Under the pieces are notes generated by a model. That model worked only from the letters and a program-made list of their open reading frames with translations, had not been told where the DNA came from and did no database searches. A DNA stretch of 64,000 bases, from NCBI GenBank assembly GCA_035577985.1, contig DATJZY010000029.1, positions 23,954 through 87,953 of the forward strand, in the 5' to 3' direction. Below are positions 45,981 to 54,739 of the stretch, piece after piece. Origin of the DNA: Candidatus Eiseniibacteriota bacterium. GTDB lineage: Bacteria; Desulfobacterota; Binatia; DP-6. Both the position numbers and the translations under genes were made by a program. Numbering within the stretch: position 1 is the stretch's first letter; each line of letters starts with the position of its first letter.

Positions 45981-48900
45981 ATGATGACAAGTCACGTTAT
46001 CTCGTCCCTCCGAAAGCTCTCTGCGACCACCGCCCTGCTGATCGCGATCGCCGCCTACCCCGGCGTCGCCGGCGCCCAGATGGCGCTGCGCCTCGGGCCG
46101 ACCAACACGACGACGTACGTCACGTTCGGTGCGACCTCGGCGCTGGGGCTCGCCACGTTCACGGTCGAGACGTGGTTCAATCGACAGGGGACGGGTGTCG
46201 CGACGTCGACGGGAAGCGGCGGACTCGCCTCCTTCGTTCCGCTCGTGACCAAGGGGGCCGCGCAGGGCGACGCGAGCAACGTCGACGCCGACTACGTGCT
46301 CGGCATCAACACCGCCGGCAACGTCATCGCGGCGGACTTCGAAGAGGGCGGCGCCGGGACCTCGCCGGGGTTGAACCACCCGCTCTCGGGCGTCACGCCC
46401 GTCGTCAACAATACCTGGTACCACGCGGCGGTCACCTACGACGGCACCACGCTGCGCCTCTACTTGAACGGCGAGGTCGAAGCCGAGCTGGTGGTCGGCC
46501 AGCCGACGCGGTCCGACAGCATCCAGCATGCGGCGCTCGGCACCACGCTCACGTCGACCGGAACGCCGAGCGGTTTCTTCGACGGCACGCTCGACGAGGC
46601 CCGGATCTGGAACGTCGCGCGCACGCAGGCGCAGATCCGCGCGACCATCAATACCCAGAATCCGTCGGATGGCACGCTGGTCGCGCGGTGGGGCCTCGAC
46701 GAGACGTCCGGAACGACCGTCAACGATTCGGCCGGAACCCCGCAGAACGGCACCATCACCGGCACGAGCTTCAGCCGGGTTGCGAATGCGCCGTTCGACA
46801 TCCTCACCTGCGCCGGCAACGCGAGCTCGATGATCCGCCTGGACGGCGTCAACGACTACGTCGCCCTCGGCAACCCCGCCGAGCTCGGCCTCACGAGCTT
46901 CACGATCGAAACCTGGTTCAAACGGGAAGGTGTCGGCGTCGGCAACACCACGGGGGCTGGAGGCATCGGTGGAACCGGAGGCCCGCCCGGCTCCCTGGTC
47001 CCGCTCATCACCAAGGGGGCACCCGAGGCCGACGGCTCGAACCTCGACGCCAACTACATCTTCGGCATCAACACGACGGGCAACGTGCTCGCCGCCGACT
47101 TCGAGGAAGGGCCCGGGGGGCCCGGCCCGCTCGGCGCGAACCATCCGATCGTCGGCGTGACCGCCATCACCGACAACAACTGGCATCATGCCGCCGCGAC
47201 CTACAGCACCGCGACGCGCGACTGGCGTCTCTATCTCGACGGCGCGCTCGAAGTCTCCGCGATCCAGGGGGCGGGTGTGGTCCCCCGCTCGGACAGCCTC
47301 CAGCCGGCCGCGCTCGGCACCATGCTCACCTCGACGAGCACGCGACTCGGCGCGTTCGCGGGCGTGCTCGACGAAGTCCGGATCTGGAACGTCGCCCGGA
47401 CCCAGGCGCAGATCCAGGCCGACATGTCGAACCAGCTCACCTCCGGAACGGGGCTCGTGGCGCGCTGGGGGCTCGGCGAGGGGACCGGAACGACGGCCGC
47501 GGACTCCGTCGCGCCGGCATCGAACGGCACGCTGACGAACGGGCCGGTCTGGACCGCCAGCAGCTCGCTCTTCGACGCCACCGCCGCGTGCAGCGACGGC
47601 GCATTCTGCAACGGCGCCGACACCTGCAGCGGCATCGGAGCCAACGGACTCCGCTGCACGACGCACGCCGGCGATCCCTGCACCGCAGGCGCGGAGTGCA
47701 ACAACGTCTGCAACGAGACCCTCGACAACTGCGCCGTCACCGCCGGCACGCCGTGCACGAACGACGGCAACGCCTGCACCGACGACCAGTGCAACGGCGC
47801 GGGGGCCTGCACGCATCCGAACAACACGGCGCCCTGCAACGACGGCAGCGCCTGCACGACCGTCGACGTCTGCGCGGGCGGAACGTGCGTCGGCAGCATT
47901 CCGCCCAACTGCGACGACGGCAACGTCTGCACCACCGACGGCTGCAACCCCGCGTCCGGGTGCACGCATGCCAACAACACGGTCTCGTGCAGCGACGGCA
48001 GCGCCTGTACGGTGGGTGACACGTGCAGCGGCGGCACCTGCGTTGCCGGCCCGCCGCCGAACTGCGACGACGGCAACGTCTGCACCACCGACGGCTGCAA
48101 CCCCGCGTCGGGGTGCACGCACACCAACAACACGGCACCGTGCAGCGACGGCAGCGTCTGCACGGTGGGCGACACGTGCGCGGGTGGCGTCTGCGTCCCC
48201 GGTGGCTCCCTCAACTGCAACGACGGCAACCCCTGCACCGACGACTCCTGCAACCCCGTGACCGGCTGCGTCGCCACCAACAACACCGCCTCCTGCTCGG
48301 ACGGCAACGCCTGCACCACCGGCGACGTCTGTAGCGGCGGCTCCTGCGTGGGCGGGCCTCCCCTCGTGTGCAACGACGGCAACCCCTGCACCGACGATTC
48401 CTGCAACCCCGCCACCGGCTGCGTCGCCACCAACAACGCCGCGTCCTGCTCGGACGGCAACGTCTGCACCACCGGCGACGTCTGTAGCGGCGGCTCCTGC
48501 GTCGGCGGGCCTCCGCTCGTCTGCAACGACGGCAACCCCTGCACCGACGATCAGTGCAATCCCACGACCGGCTGCTTCGCCCTCAACAACGCCGCCCCGT
48601 GCGACGACGGCAATGCCTGCACGACCGCCGACACGTGTGCAGGCGGCTCGTGCATGCCCGGCGCTCCGCTCTCCTGCAACGACGGGAACGTCTGCACGGA
48701 CGACGGCTGCAACCCCGCGTCGGGGTGCACGCATGCCAACAACTCCGCTCCATGCAGCGACGGCAGCGCCTGCACGACGGGCGACCTTTGCGCGGGCGGT
48801 GCGTGCGTCGGTGGGCCGCCGGCCAACTGCGACGACGGGAACGTCTGCACCGACGACGCCTGCAACCCCGCATCGGGGTGCACGCATGCCAACAACTCGG

Positions 48901-50480
48901 CTCCGTGCAACGACGGCAGCCAGTGCACGACGGCCGATACCTGCGCCGGCGGCGCCTGCGTCGGCGGGCCTCCACCCGACTGCAACGACGGCAACGTCTG
49001 CACCGACGATGCCTGCAATCCCGCATCGGGGTGCACGCACACGAACAACACCGCGTCGTGTGACGACGCCAATGGCTGCACGTCGAACGATGCGTGCGCC
49101 GGCGGCACCTGCCAGGGTGGCCCGCCGACCGTCTGCGACGATGGCAACGCCTGCACGGCCGACTCCTGTTCGAGCCCGAGCGGCTGCCAGCACACGGCGA
49201 TCGCCGGCTGCTGCAACACGAACGCGCAGTGCGCAGATACCGACCTGTGCACGACGAACGAACGATGCGTGGCGCACGCCTGCGTCAGCGACCCCGTGAG
49301 CTGCAACGACGGCAACCCGTGCACCGACGACGGCTGCAACCCGCCGAGCGGATGCCTGCACGTCCCCAACAACCTTCCGTGCAGCGACGGCGACGCGTGC
49401 ACGACGGCCGATGCCTGCAGCGGAGGAGCCTGCATCGGAGGTCCGCCGCCCAATTGCAACGACGGCAACCCGTGTACCGACGATGCCTGCAACCCCGCTG
49501 GCGGCTGTACGCACACCAACAATACGGCGCCCTGCAGCGACGGGTCGTTCTGCACGACGGGCGACACCTGCAGCGCAGGGAGCTGCGTCGGCGGCCCGCC
49601 ATCCAACTGCAACGACGGCAATCCGTGCACCGATGACGCGTGCAATCCGTCGTCCGGCTGCACGCACACGAACAACGCCCTGCCCTGCAGCGACGGCGCG
49701 TTCTGCACCGTCGGCGACGTCTGCGCGGGCGGCGCGTGCACCGGCACGCCCCGCGACTGCAATTCGGCCGGCGATCAGTGCCACACCGGCACGTGCGACG
49801 AGGGGCTCGACCAGTGCGTCGGACCGGCCAAGCCGAACGGGAGCCCGTGCAACGACGGAGACGTGTGCACGACCGGGGAAACGTGCACGAGCGGATCCTG
49901 TGGCGGCGGCACGCCAACGGTCTGCGCCGCCTGCGAGACGTGCGACGCCACCGGCGGCTGCCAAGTCGGGCCACGGACCGACTGTCGGGCGTCGATCCAG
50001 GCATCCTCGAGCAAGCTCGCCATCTACGACAAGACGCCCGACACGGCTCTGGTGTCGTGGAAGTGGTCCAAGGGAGACGCGACGTCGGTCGAGGATCTCG
50101 GAGACCCCCTCGTGACCACGGACTACACGCTGTGCATCTTCGACCAGAACGGGCTGGCGGTCCGGGCGACGGCGCCCGCCGGCGACGACTGCGGGGCGAA
50201 GCCGTGCTGGAAGGCGCTCGGCCTCATCGGCTTCAAGTATTCGGACAAGGACCGGACGCCCGAGGGCGTTCTCAAGCTGCTCCTCAAGTCGGGGGACTCC
50301 GGCCGGGCGAAGGCCCGCATCAAGGCGAAGGGCTCCAACATTCCGATCATGGCGCTCCCGCTGGCACCACCCGTGACGGCGCAGCTCCAGGCCGCCGGCA
50401 ACGCCTGCCTGGAGAGCACGCACAGCGCGAGCAGCATCCTCCGCAACGAGGACACCGTGTTCAAGGCGAAGAGCGACTGA
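45981..50480 (+). CDS. Giant secreted multi-domain protein, paralog B (~1,500 aa). Same architecture as paralog A with ~18 Cys-rich repeats.
   Basis: Start chosen at the ATG 45981, preceded by GGAGG (the track's 45960 ATG lies upstream of the ribosome-binding site). Signal peptide MMTSHVISSLRKLSATTALLIAIAAYPGVAGA. Two LamG-like units, a repeat array, and the conserved C-terminal module ending ...RNEDTVFKAKSD. Confidence 0.8.
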   Translation: MMTSHVISSLRKLSATTALLIAIAAYPGVAGAQMALRLGPTNTTTYVTFGATSALGLATFTVETWFNRQGTGVATSTGSGGLASFVPLVTKGAAQGDASNVDADYVLGINTAGNVIAADFEEGGAGTSPGLNHPLSGVTPVVNNTWYHAAVTYDGTTLRLYLNGEVEAELVVGQPTRSDSIQHAALGTTLTSTGTPSGFFDGTLDEARIWNVARTQAQIRATINTQNPSDGTLVARWGLDETSGTTVNDSAGTPQNGTITGTSFSRVANAPFDILTCAGNASSMIRLDGVNDYVALGNPAELGLTSFTIETWFKREGVGVGNTTGAGGIGGTGGPPGSLVPLITKGAPEADGSNLDANYIFGINTTGNVLAADFEEGPGGPGPLGANHPIVGVTAITDNNWHHAAATYSTATRDWRLYLDGALEVSAIQGAGVVPRSDSLQPAALGTMLTSTSTRLGAFAGVLDEVRIWNVARTQAQIQADMSNQLTSGTGLVARWGLGEGTGTTAADSVAPASNGTLTNGPVWTASSSLFDATAACSDGAFCNGADTCSGIGANGLRCTTHAGDPCTAGAECNNVCNETLDNCAVTAGTPCTNDGNACTDDQCNGAGACTHPNNTAPCNDGSACTTVDVCAGGTCVGSIPPNCDDGNVCTTDGCNPASGCTHANNTVSCSDGSACTVGDTCSGGTCVAGPPPNCDDGNVCTTDGCNPASGCTHTNNTAPCSDGSVCTVGDTCAGGVCVPGGSLNCNDGNPCTDDSCNPVTGCVATNNTASCSDGNACTTGDVCSGGSCVGGPPLVCNDGNPCTDDSCNPATGCVATNNAASCSDGNVCTTGDVCSGGSCVGGPPLVCNDGNPCTDDQCNPTTGCFALNNAAPCDDGNACTTADTCAGGSCMPGAPLSCNDGNVCTDDGCNPASGCTHANNSAPCSDGSACTTGDLCAGGACVGGPPANCDDGNVCTDDACNPASGCTHANNSAPCNDGSQCTTADTCAGGACVGGPPPDCNDGNVCTDDACNPASGCTHTNNTASCDDANGCTSNDACAGGTCQGGPPTVCDDGNACTADSCSSPSGCQHTAIAGCCNTNAQCADTDLCTTNERCVAHACVSDPVSCNDGNPCTDDGCNPPSGCLHVPNNLPCSDGDACTTADACSGGACIGGPPPNCNDGNPCTDDACNPAGGCTHTNNTAPCSDGSFCTTGDTCSAGSCVGGPPSNCNDGNPCTDDACNPSSGCTHTNNALPCSDGAFCTVGDVCAGGACTGTPRDCNSAGDQCHTGTCDEGLDQCVGPAKPNGSPCNDGDVCTTGETCTSGSCGGGTPTVCAACETCDATGGCQVGPRTDCRASIQASSSKLAIYDKTPDTALVSWKWSKGDATSVEDLGDPLVTTDYTLCIFDQNGLAVRATAPAGDDCGAKPCWKALGLIGFKYSDKDRTPEGVLKLLLKSGDSGRAKARIKAKGSNIPIMALPLAPPVTAQLQAAGNACLESTHSASSILRNEDTVFKAKSD
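47589..49987. repeat. Coding tandem-repeat array inside paralog B (~18 units of ~126 bp).
   Basis: Same periodic Cys-rich repeat coding pattern as in paralog A. The boundaries are approximate. Confidence 0.6.
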
Positions 50481-50493
50481 CCGGAGAGAACTC

Positions 50494-53400
50494 GTGCCGC
50501 ATCGCCCTGCCCGAATCCTCCCCGCCCTGTTGGGACTCGTCGCATCGACGTTGGCGGTGGCCGCTCGCCCGGCGGCGGCGGCCTGCAGCAACCCCGGCGG
50601 CGCCTGCGCGATCGACTTCGGCGGGACGAATTCCTACGTCACGTTCGGCAACACGCCGGCGCTGGGGCTCCCGCAGTTCACCCTCGAGCTGTGGTTCAAC
50701 CGCCAGGGGACCGGCACGACCGCGACCACCGGAACCGGCGGCGTGACGGCGGTCCCACTCATCACCAAGGGGCGGGGCGAAGCCGACGGCAGCAACGTCG
50801 ACATGAACTACTTCCTCGGCATCCGCACCACCGACAACCTGTTGGTGGCCGACTTCGAGGAAGGCGCGGCGGGGGCGCAACCGGGACTGAACCATCCGAT
50901 CGCCGGCACGACGCCCATCGCAACGGGCGTCTGGTACCACGCCGCCGTGACCTACGACGGCGCCACGTGGCACCTGTACCTGAACGGCATTGTCCAGACG
51001 ACGCTGGCCGTGAACCAGCCGCCGCAAGCCGACAGCATCCAGCACGCCGCGCTCGCGACGGCGCTCACGTCGACGGGAGCGGCGGCCGGCTTCTTCGACG
51101 GTGTCATCGACGAGGCGCGCATCTGGAGCTACGCGCGCAGCGCGGCCGAGATCCAGGGAGCATTGAACCAGGAGGTCTACTCGGCACCCGGTCTGGTCGC
51201 TCGATGGGGCCTCAACGAGGGAACCGGCGGGACGGGAACCATCGTCGCCGACAGCGCGGCACCGCCGCAGAACGGCACGGTGATCGGTGCGAACTTCCAG
51301 TGGACCGACGGAGGTCCCGTAAGCGCGAACCTGCCGCCTGCCACGCCCGGCCTCAATGCGCCCGCCGACGGTGCGACGAACGTATCGACCGCCCCGGTCC
51401 TCGACGTCGCGGTGTCCGATCCGGAGCTGAGCCCTCTCGACGTCACCTTCTGGGGCCGAGAGGTCATCGCACCGGGTCCCGACTTCACGGTCGTCATCCT
51501 GCCCGACACGCAGTACTACTCGTGCGGAGTGCCCTGCAGCAGCAGCCCGGCGGTGTTCCAGTCGCAGACGCAGTGGATCGTCGACAACCGGCTCGCGCGC
51601 AACATCGCGTACGTCGGGCATCTCGGGGACTGCGTCGAGCACGGCAACCTCGGCAACGGCGTCGACCCGAACCCCGACTACGAATGGAACAACGCCTCCG
51701 CCGCGATGAGCCTCATCGAGGATCCGGTCGCGACGCAGCTCGCCGACGGCATGCCGTTCGGCATCCTTCCCGGCAACCACGACCAGACGCCCAACGGCGA
51801 TCCCGTGGGTACGCCGCCGGAGAACTCGACCGCCAAGTTCAACCAGTTCTTCGGCGTCTCGCGCTACAGCGGCAGGGCCTACTACGGCGGCCACTTCGGC
51901 ACGAACAACGACAACAACTACACCTTGTTCAGCGCGAGCGGGCTCGACTTCGTCGTCGTCGACCTCGAGTACGCTCCGACGCCCGATCCGGCCGTGCTGG
52001 CCTGGGCCGACGGCGTCCTGCAGGCCCACCCGACGCGACGCGCGATCGTCCTCACCCACCACATGCTCGGCACGGGCAACCCCGGGGCGTTCAGCGCACA
52101 AGGACAGGCGATCTACGACACCCTGAAGCACAACCCGAACCTCTTCCTGCTGCTCGGCGGCCACGTGCCCGGGGAGGGGCGGCGCCAGGACGTGTTCGAC
52201 GGCCGGGTCGTGAATTCGCTGCTCTCGGACTACCAGGGTCGCACGAACGGCGGGAACGGCTGGCTCCGCGTCATGACCTTCTCCCCGGCGAACGGCACGA
52301 TCCAGGTGCAGACGTACTCGCCCTGGCTGAACCAGTTCGAGACGGACGCCGACAGCCAGTTCACCCTCACCTACGACATGGCGACCACGGGGTTCGCCCC
52401 GATCGCAACCGTGCCCGGCGTCGCGTCGGGCACCAACGCGCAGGCGACCTGGGCGAGCCTGTTCCCCGGCATGAGCTACGAGTGGTACGTCACGGTGAGC
52501 GACGGCGCGAACACGTCGACGGGGCCGGTCTGGAGGTTCGCGACGGGGCTCTGCGGACCCGACGGAGCGTCCTGCAACGACGGCCTCTTCTGCAACGGAG
52601 CCGACTCCTGCAGCGGCGGCATGTGCAGTGTCCACGCGGGCGATCCGTGTGGCGGCGGCCCCGAGTGCGCCGAAACGTGCGACGAAGTGCGCGACGACTG
52701 CTTCGAGGCCGCCGGAACGCCGTGCACGGACGACGGTAACGCGTGCACGAACGACGTCTGCAGCGGAGCCGGAGCCTGCGTGCATCCGGAAACCACGGCC
52801 GCGTGCTCCGACGGAAACGCCTGCACCACGGGGGACGTCTGCAGCGGGGGCGCCTGCATCGGTGGGCCGCCGGCGAACTGCGACGACGCCAACCCGTGTA
52901 CCGACGACACCTGCGACCCCGCGACGGGTTGCCTCAACACCCCCAACACCGCCGCGTGCTCCGACGGCAGCGCCTGCACGGTGGGTGACACCTGCGCCGG
53001 CGGGAGCTGCGTCGGCGGTCCGCCGCTCGACTGCAACGACACCAACCCGTGCACCGACGATGGCTGCAACCCGGCTACGGGCTGCACCAACATTCCGAAC
53101 AACGCCGCGTGCGACGACGGGAATGCGTGCACCACCGTCGACGTCTGCAGCGCCGGCGCGTGTCAGGGAAGCATCCCGCCGAACTGCAACGACGGCAACC
53201 TCTGCACCGACGACACCTGCAACCCCGCGTCGGGGTGCGCGCACACCTTCAACACGACCTCCTGCGACGACGGCGACGCGTGCACCATCGACGACGCGTG
53301 CGGCGCGGGGACGTGTCATGGAGGGACGGCGGCCAACTGCGACGACGCCAACGCGTGTACGGCCGACAGCTGCGTCCCGGCGTCGGGCTGCGTCCACGCA

Positions 53401-54708
53401 CCGCTGCCCAACTGCTGCATGACCAACGCCCAGTGCGCCGATAGCGACCAGTGCACCACCAACGAGCGGTGCGTCGGCAACACCTGCGTGACCGATCCGG
53501 TCGGCTGCAACGACGCAAACCCCTGCACCAGCGACGGCTGCAATCCCGCGTCGGGCTGCACGCACACGCCCAACAACCTCCCCTGCAACGACGGCAACGC
53601 CTGCACGACGGCGGACGCCTGCAGCGGCGGCGCGTGCGTCGGCGGCCCTCCGCCCAACTGCAACGACCTCAACGTCTGCACGAACGATGCGTGCAGCCCG
53701 ACGTCGGGCTGCACGCACACGCCCAACACGGCGCCTTGCACGGATGGGATCTTCTGCAACGGCCTCGATACCTGCGCCGGAGGCACGTGCAGCGTCCACG
53801 GCGGCAATCCGTGTCCGGGTCCCGACGGCGACGGCGACTGCGCCGAATCGTGCAACGAGGCGACCGACCGCTGCACGGCGCCCGACCCCAACGGGTCGCC
53901 GTGCAACGACGGGCTCTACTGCACCGTCGGCGAGGTGTGCAACGCCGGCGTCTGCACCGGAACGCCGCGCGACTGCAGCTCCAGTGGCGATCAATGCCGC
54001 ACGGGCACGTGCAACGAGACCGCCGACGCGTGTGACGGGCCGCCCAAGCCCGACGGCACGCCCTGCGACGACGGCAACGCATGCTCGAACGGCGAGAGCT
54101 GCGTGGCCGGTGTGTGCTCCGGCGGTGCGCAGACCATCTGCCCCGCCTGCGAGACCTGCATCGCCCCGGGCGGCTGCCAGACGGGTGCTCGTCCCGATTG
54201 CCGGACCCCCATCGCTCCCCTCAGGGGAAAGCTGGTCGTCTTCGACCGGATGCCCGACGCGGGCGACGGCATCGCATGGAAGTGGAGCAAGGGCGCGGCG
54301 ACCGCCTTCGGGGATCTCGGCGATCCAGTGACGTCGACCGACTACACGCTGTGCATCTTCGACCACGGCGGCAGCCACCTCGCCGTGAAAGCCACCGCTC
54401 CCGCCGGCCGCATGTGCGGATCGGTCCCGTGCTGGAGGCGACTCGGAAGCTTCGGCTTCAAGTACACCGACAAGGGGCGGCTGCCCGAGGGTGTGCTGAA
54501 GGTCTTGATCCGCAGCGGGGGTAGCGGCTCCGCGAAGGCGCAGCTGAAGGCCAAGGGTGACGCCATCCCGCCCTTCGCGCTCCCGCTCGTCACTCCGGTC
54601 GTGGCGCAGCTCCAGGCGACCGGCGCCGCATGCTGGCAGACGGACCACGTGGGTCCGCCGGCGCTGCAGCGCAACGACGGCATGCAGTTCAAGGCCAAGG
54701 ACGAGTAG
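50494..54708 (+). CDS. Giant secreted multi-domain protein, paralog C (1,404 aa). Architecture: signal peptide, LamG-like domain, calcineurin-like metallophosphoesterase domain, ~12 Cys-rich repeats, conserved C-terminal module.
   Basis: GTG start 13 nt after the paralog B stop, with a GGAGAG ribosome-binding site. Signal peptide MPHRPARILPALLGLVASTLAVAARPAAAA. LamG unit (FTLELWFNRQGTG...WYHAAVTYDGATWHLYLNG). Metallophosphoesterase motifs (VVILPDTQYY, VGHLGDCVEHGN, ILPGNHDQ, LTHHMLG, GGHVPGEG). Repeat array, and a C-terminal module ending ...RNDGMQFKAKDE. Confidence 0.8.
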   Translation: MPHRPARILPALLGLVASTLAVAARPAAAACSNPGGACAIDFGGTNSYVTFGNTPALGLPQFTLELWFNRQGTGTTATTGTGGVTAVPLITKGRGEADGSNVDMNYFLGIRTTDNLLVADFEEGAAGAQPGLNHPIAGTTPIATGVWYHAAVTYDGATWHLYLNGIVQTTLAVNQPPQADSIQHAALATALTSTGAAAGFFDGVIDEARIWSYARSAAEIQGALNQEVYSAPGLVARWGLNEGTGGTGTIVADSAAPPQNGTVIGANFQWTDGGPVSANLPPATPGLNAPADGATNVSTAPVLDVAVSDPELSPLDVTFWGREVIAPGPDFTVVILPDTQYYSCGVPCSSSPAVFQSQTQWIVDNRLARNIAYVGHLGDCVEHGNLGNGVDPNPDYEWNNASAAMSLIEDPVATQLADGMPFGILPGNHDQTPNGDPVGTPPENSTAKFNQFFGVSRYSGRAYYGGHFGTNNDNNYTLFSASGLDFVVVDLEYAPTPDPAVLAWADGVLQAHPTRRAIVLTHHMLGTGNPGAFSAQGQAIYDTLKHNPNLFLLLGGHVPGEGRRQDVFDGRVVNSLLSDYQGRTNGGNGWLRVMTFSPANGTIQVQTYSPWLNQFETDADSQFTLTYDMATTGFAPIATVPGVASGTNAQATWASLFPGMSYEWYVTVSDGANTSTGPVWRFATGLCGPDGASCNDGLFCNGADSCSGGMCSVHAGDPCGGGPECAETCDEVRDDCFEAAGTPCTDDGNACTNDVCSGAGACVHPETTAACSDGNACTTGDVCSGGACIGGPPANCDDANPCTDDTCDPATGCLNTPNTAACSDGSACTVGDTCAGGSCVGGPPLDCNDTNPCTDDGCNPATGCTNIPNNAACDDGNACTTVDVCSAGACQGSIPPNCNDGNLCTDDTCNPASGCAHTFNTTSCDDGDACTIDDACGAGTCHGGTAANCDDANACTADSCVPASGCVHAPLPNCCMTNAQCADSDQCTTNERCVGNTCVTDPVGCNDANPCTSDGCNPASGCTHTPNNLPCNDGNACTTADACSGGACVGGPPPNCNDLNVCTNDACSPTSGCTHTPNTAPCTDGIFCNGLDTCAGGTCSVHGGNPCPGPDGDGDCAESCNEATDRCTAPDPNGSPCNDGLYCTVGEVCNAGVCTGTPRDCSSSGDQCRTGTCNETADACDGPPKPDGTPCDDGNACSNGESCVAGVCSGGAQTICPACETCIAPGGCQTGARPDCRTPIAPLRGKLVVFDRMPDAGDGIAWKWSKGAATAFGDLGDPVTSTDYTLCIFDHGGSHLAVKATAPAGRMCGSVPCWRRLGSFGFKYTDKGRLPEGVLKVLIRSGGSGSAKAQLKAKGDAIPPFALPLVTPVVAQLQATGAACWQTDHVGPPALQRNDGMQFKAKDE
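52573..54203. repeat. Coding tandem-repeat array inside paralog C (~12 units of ~126 bp).
   Basis: Same periodic Cys-rich repeat coding pattern. The boundaries are approximate. Confidence 0.6.
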
Positions 54709-54733
54709 GTCGCCCTCGCGAGGGATCGTCTCC

Positions 54734-54739
54734 GCTAGA
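54734..54739. repeat. Left copy of the 6-bp target-site duplication GCTAGA.
   Basis: GCTAGA immediately precedes the left inverted repeat. The identical hexamer follows the right inverted repeat at 55780-55785. Confidence 0.7.

Noticed and set aside
45963-50591. 1,542-aa minus-strand ORF (and the similar 50461..55704 minus-strand 1,747-aa ORF) mirroring paralogs B and C
   Set aside because: They are antisense to the repeat-rich paralog genes. Their composition is dominated by R/A/G/V runs (e.g. GVAAVVGA repeats) produced by reading the Cys-repeat codons backwards. There are no signal peptides or domain motifs. They are rejected as non-coding.
42131-54203. Regularly spaced ~126-bp repeats, a possible CRISPR or satellite array
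   Set aside because: The repeats lie in-frame within long ORFs and encode a conserved Cys-rich protein repeat. There are no unique spacers, no short palindromic direct repeats and no cas genes. They are protein-coding tandem repeats.
54713-54724. Perfect palindrome CCCTCGCGAGGG just after the paralog C stop, a possible intrinsic terminator
   Set aside because: It is very short, with no loop and no downstream T-tract. It lies 10 bp before the IS481 target-site duplication, so the native terminator (if any) was probably displaced by the insertion. It is too weak to call.
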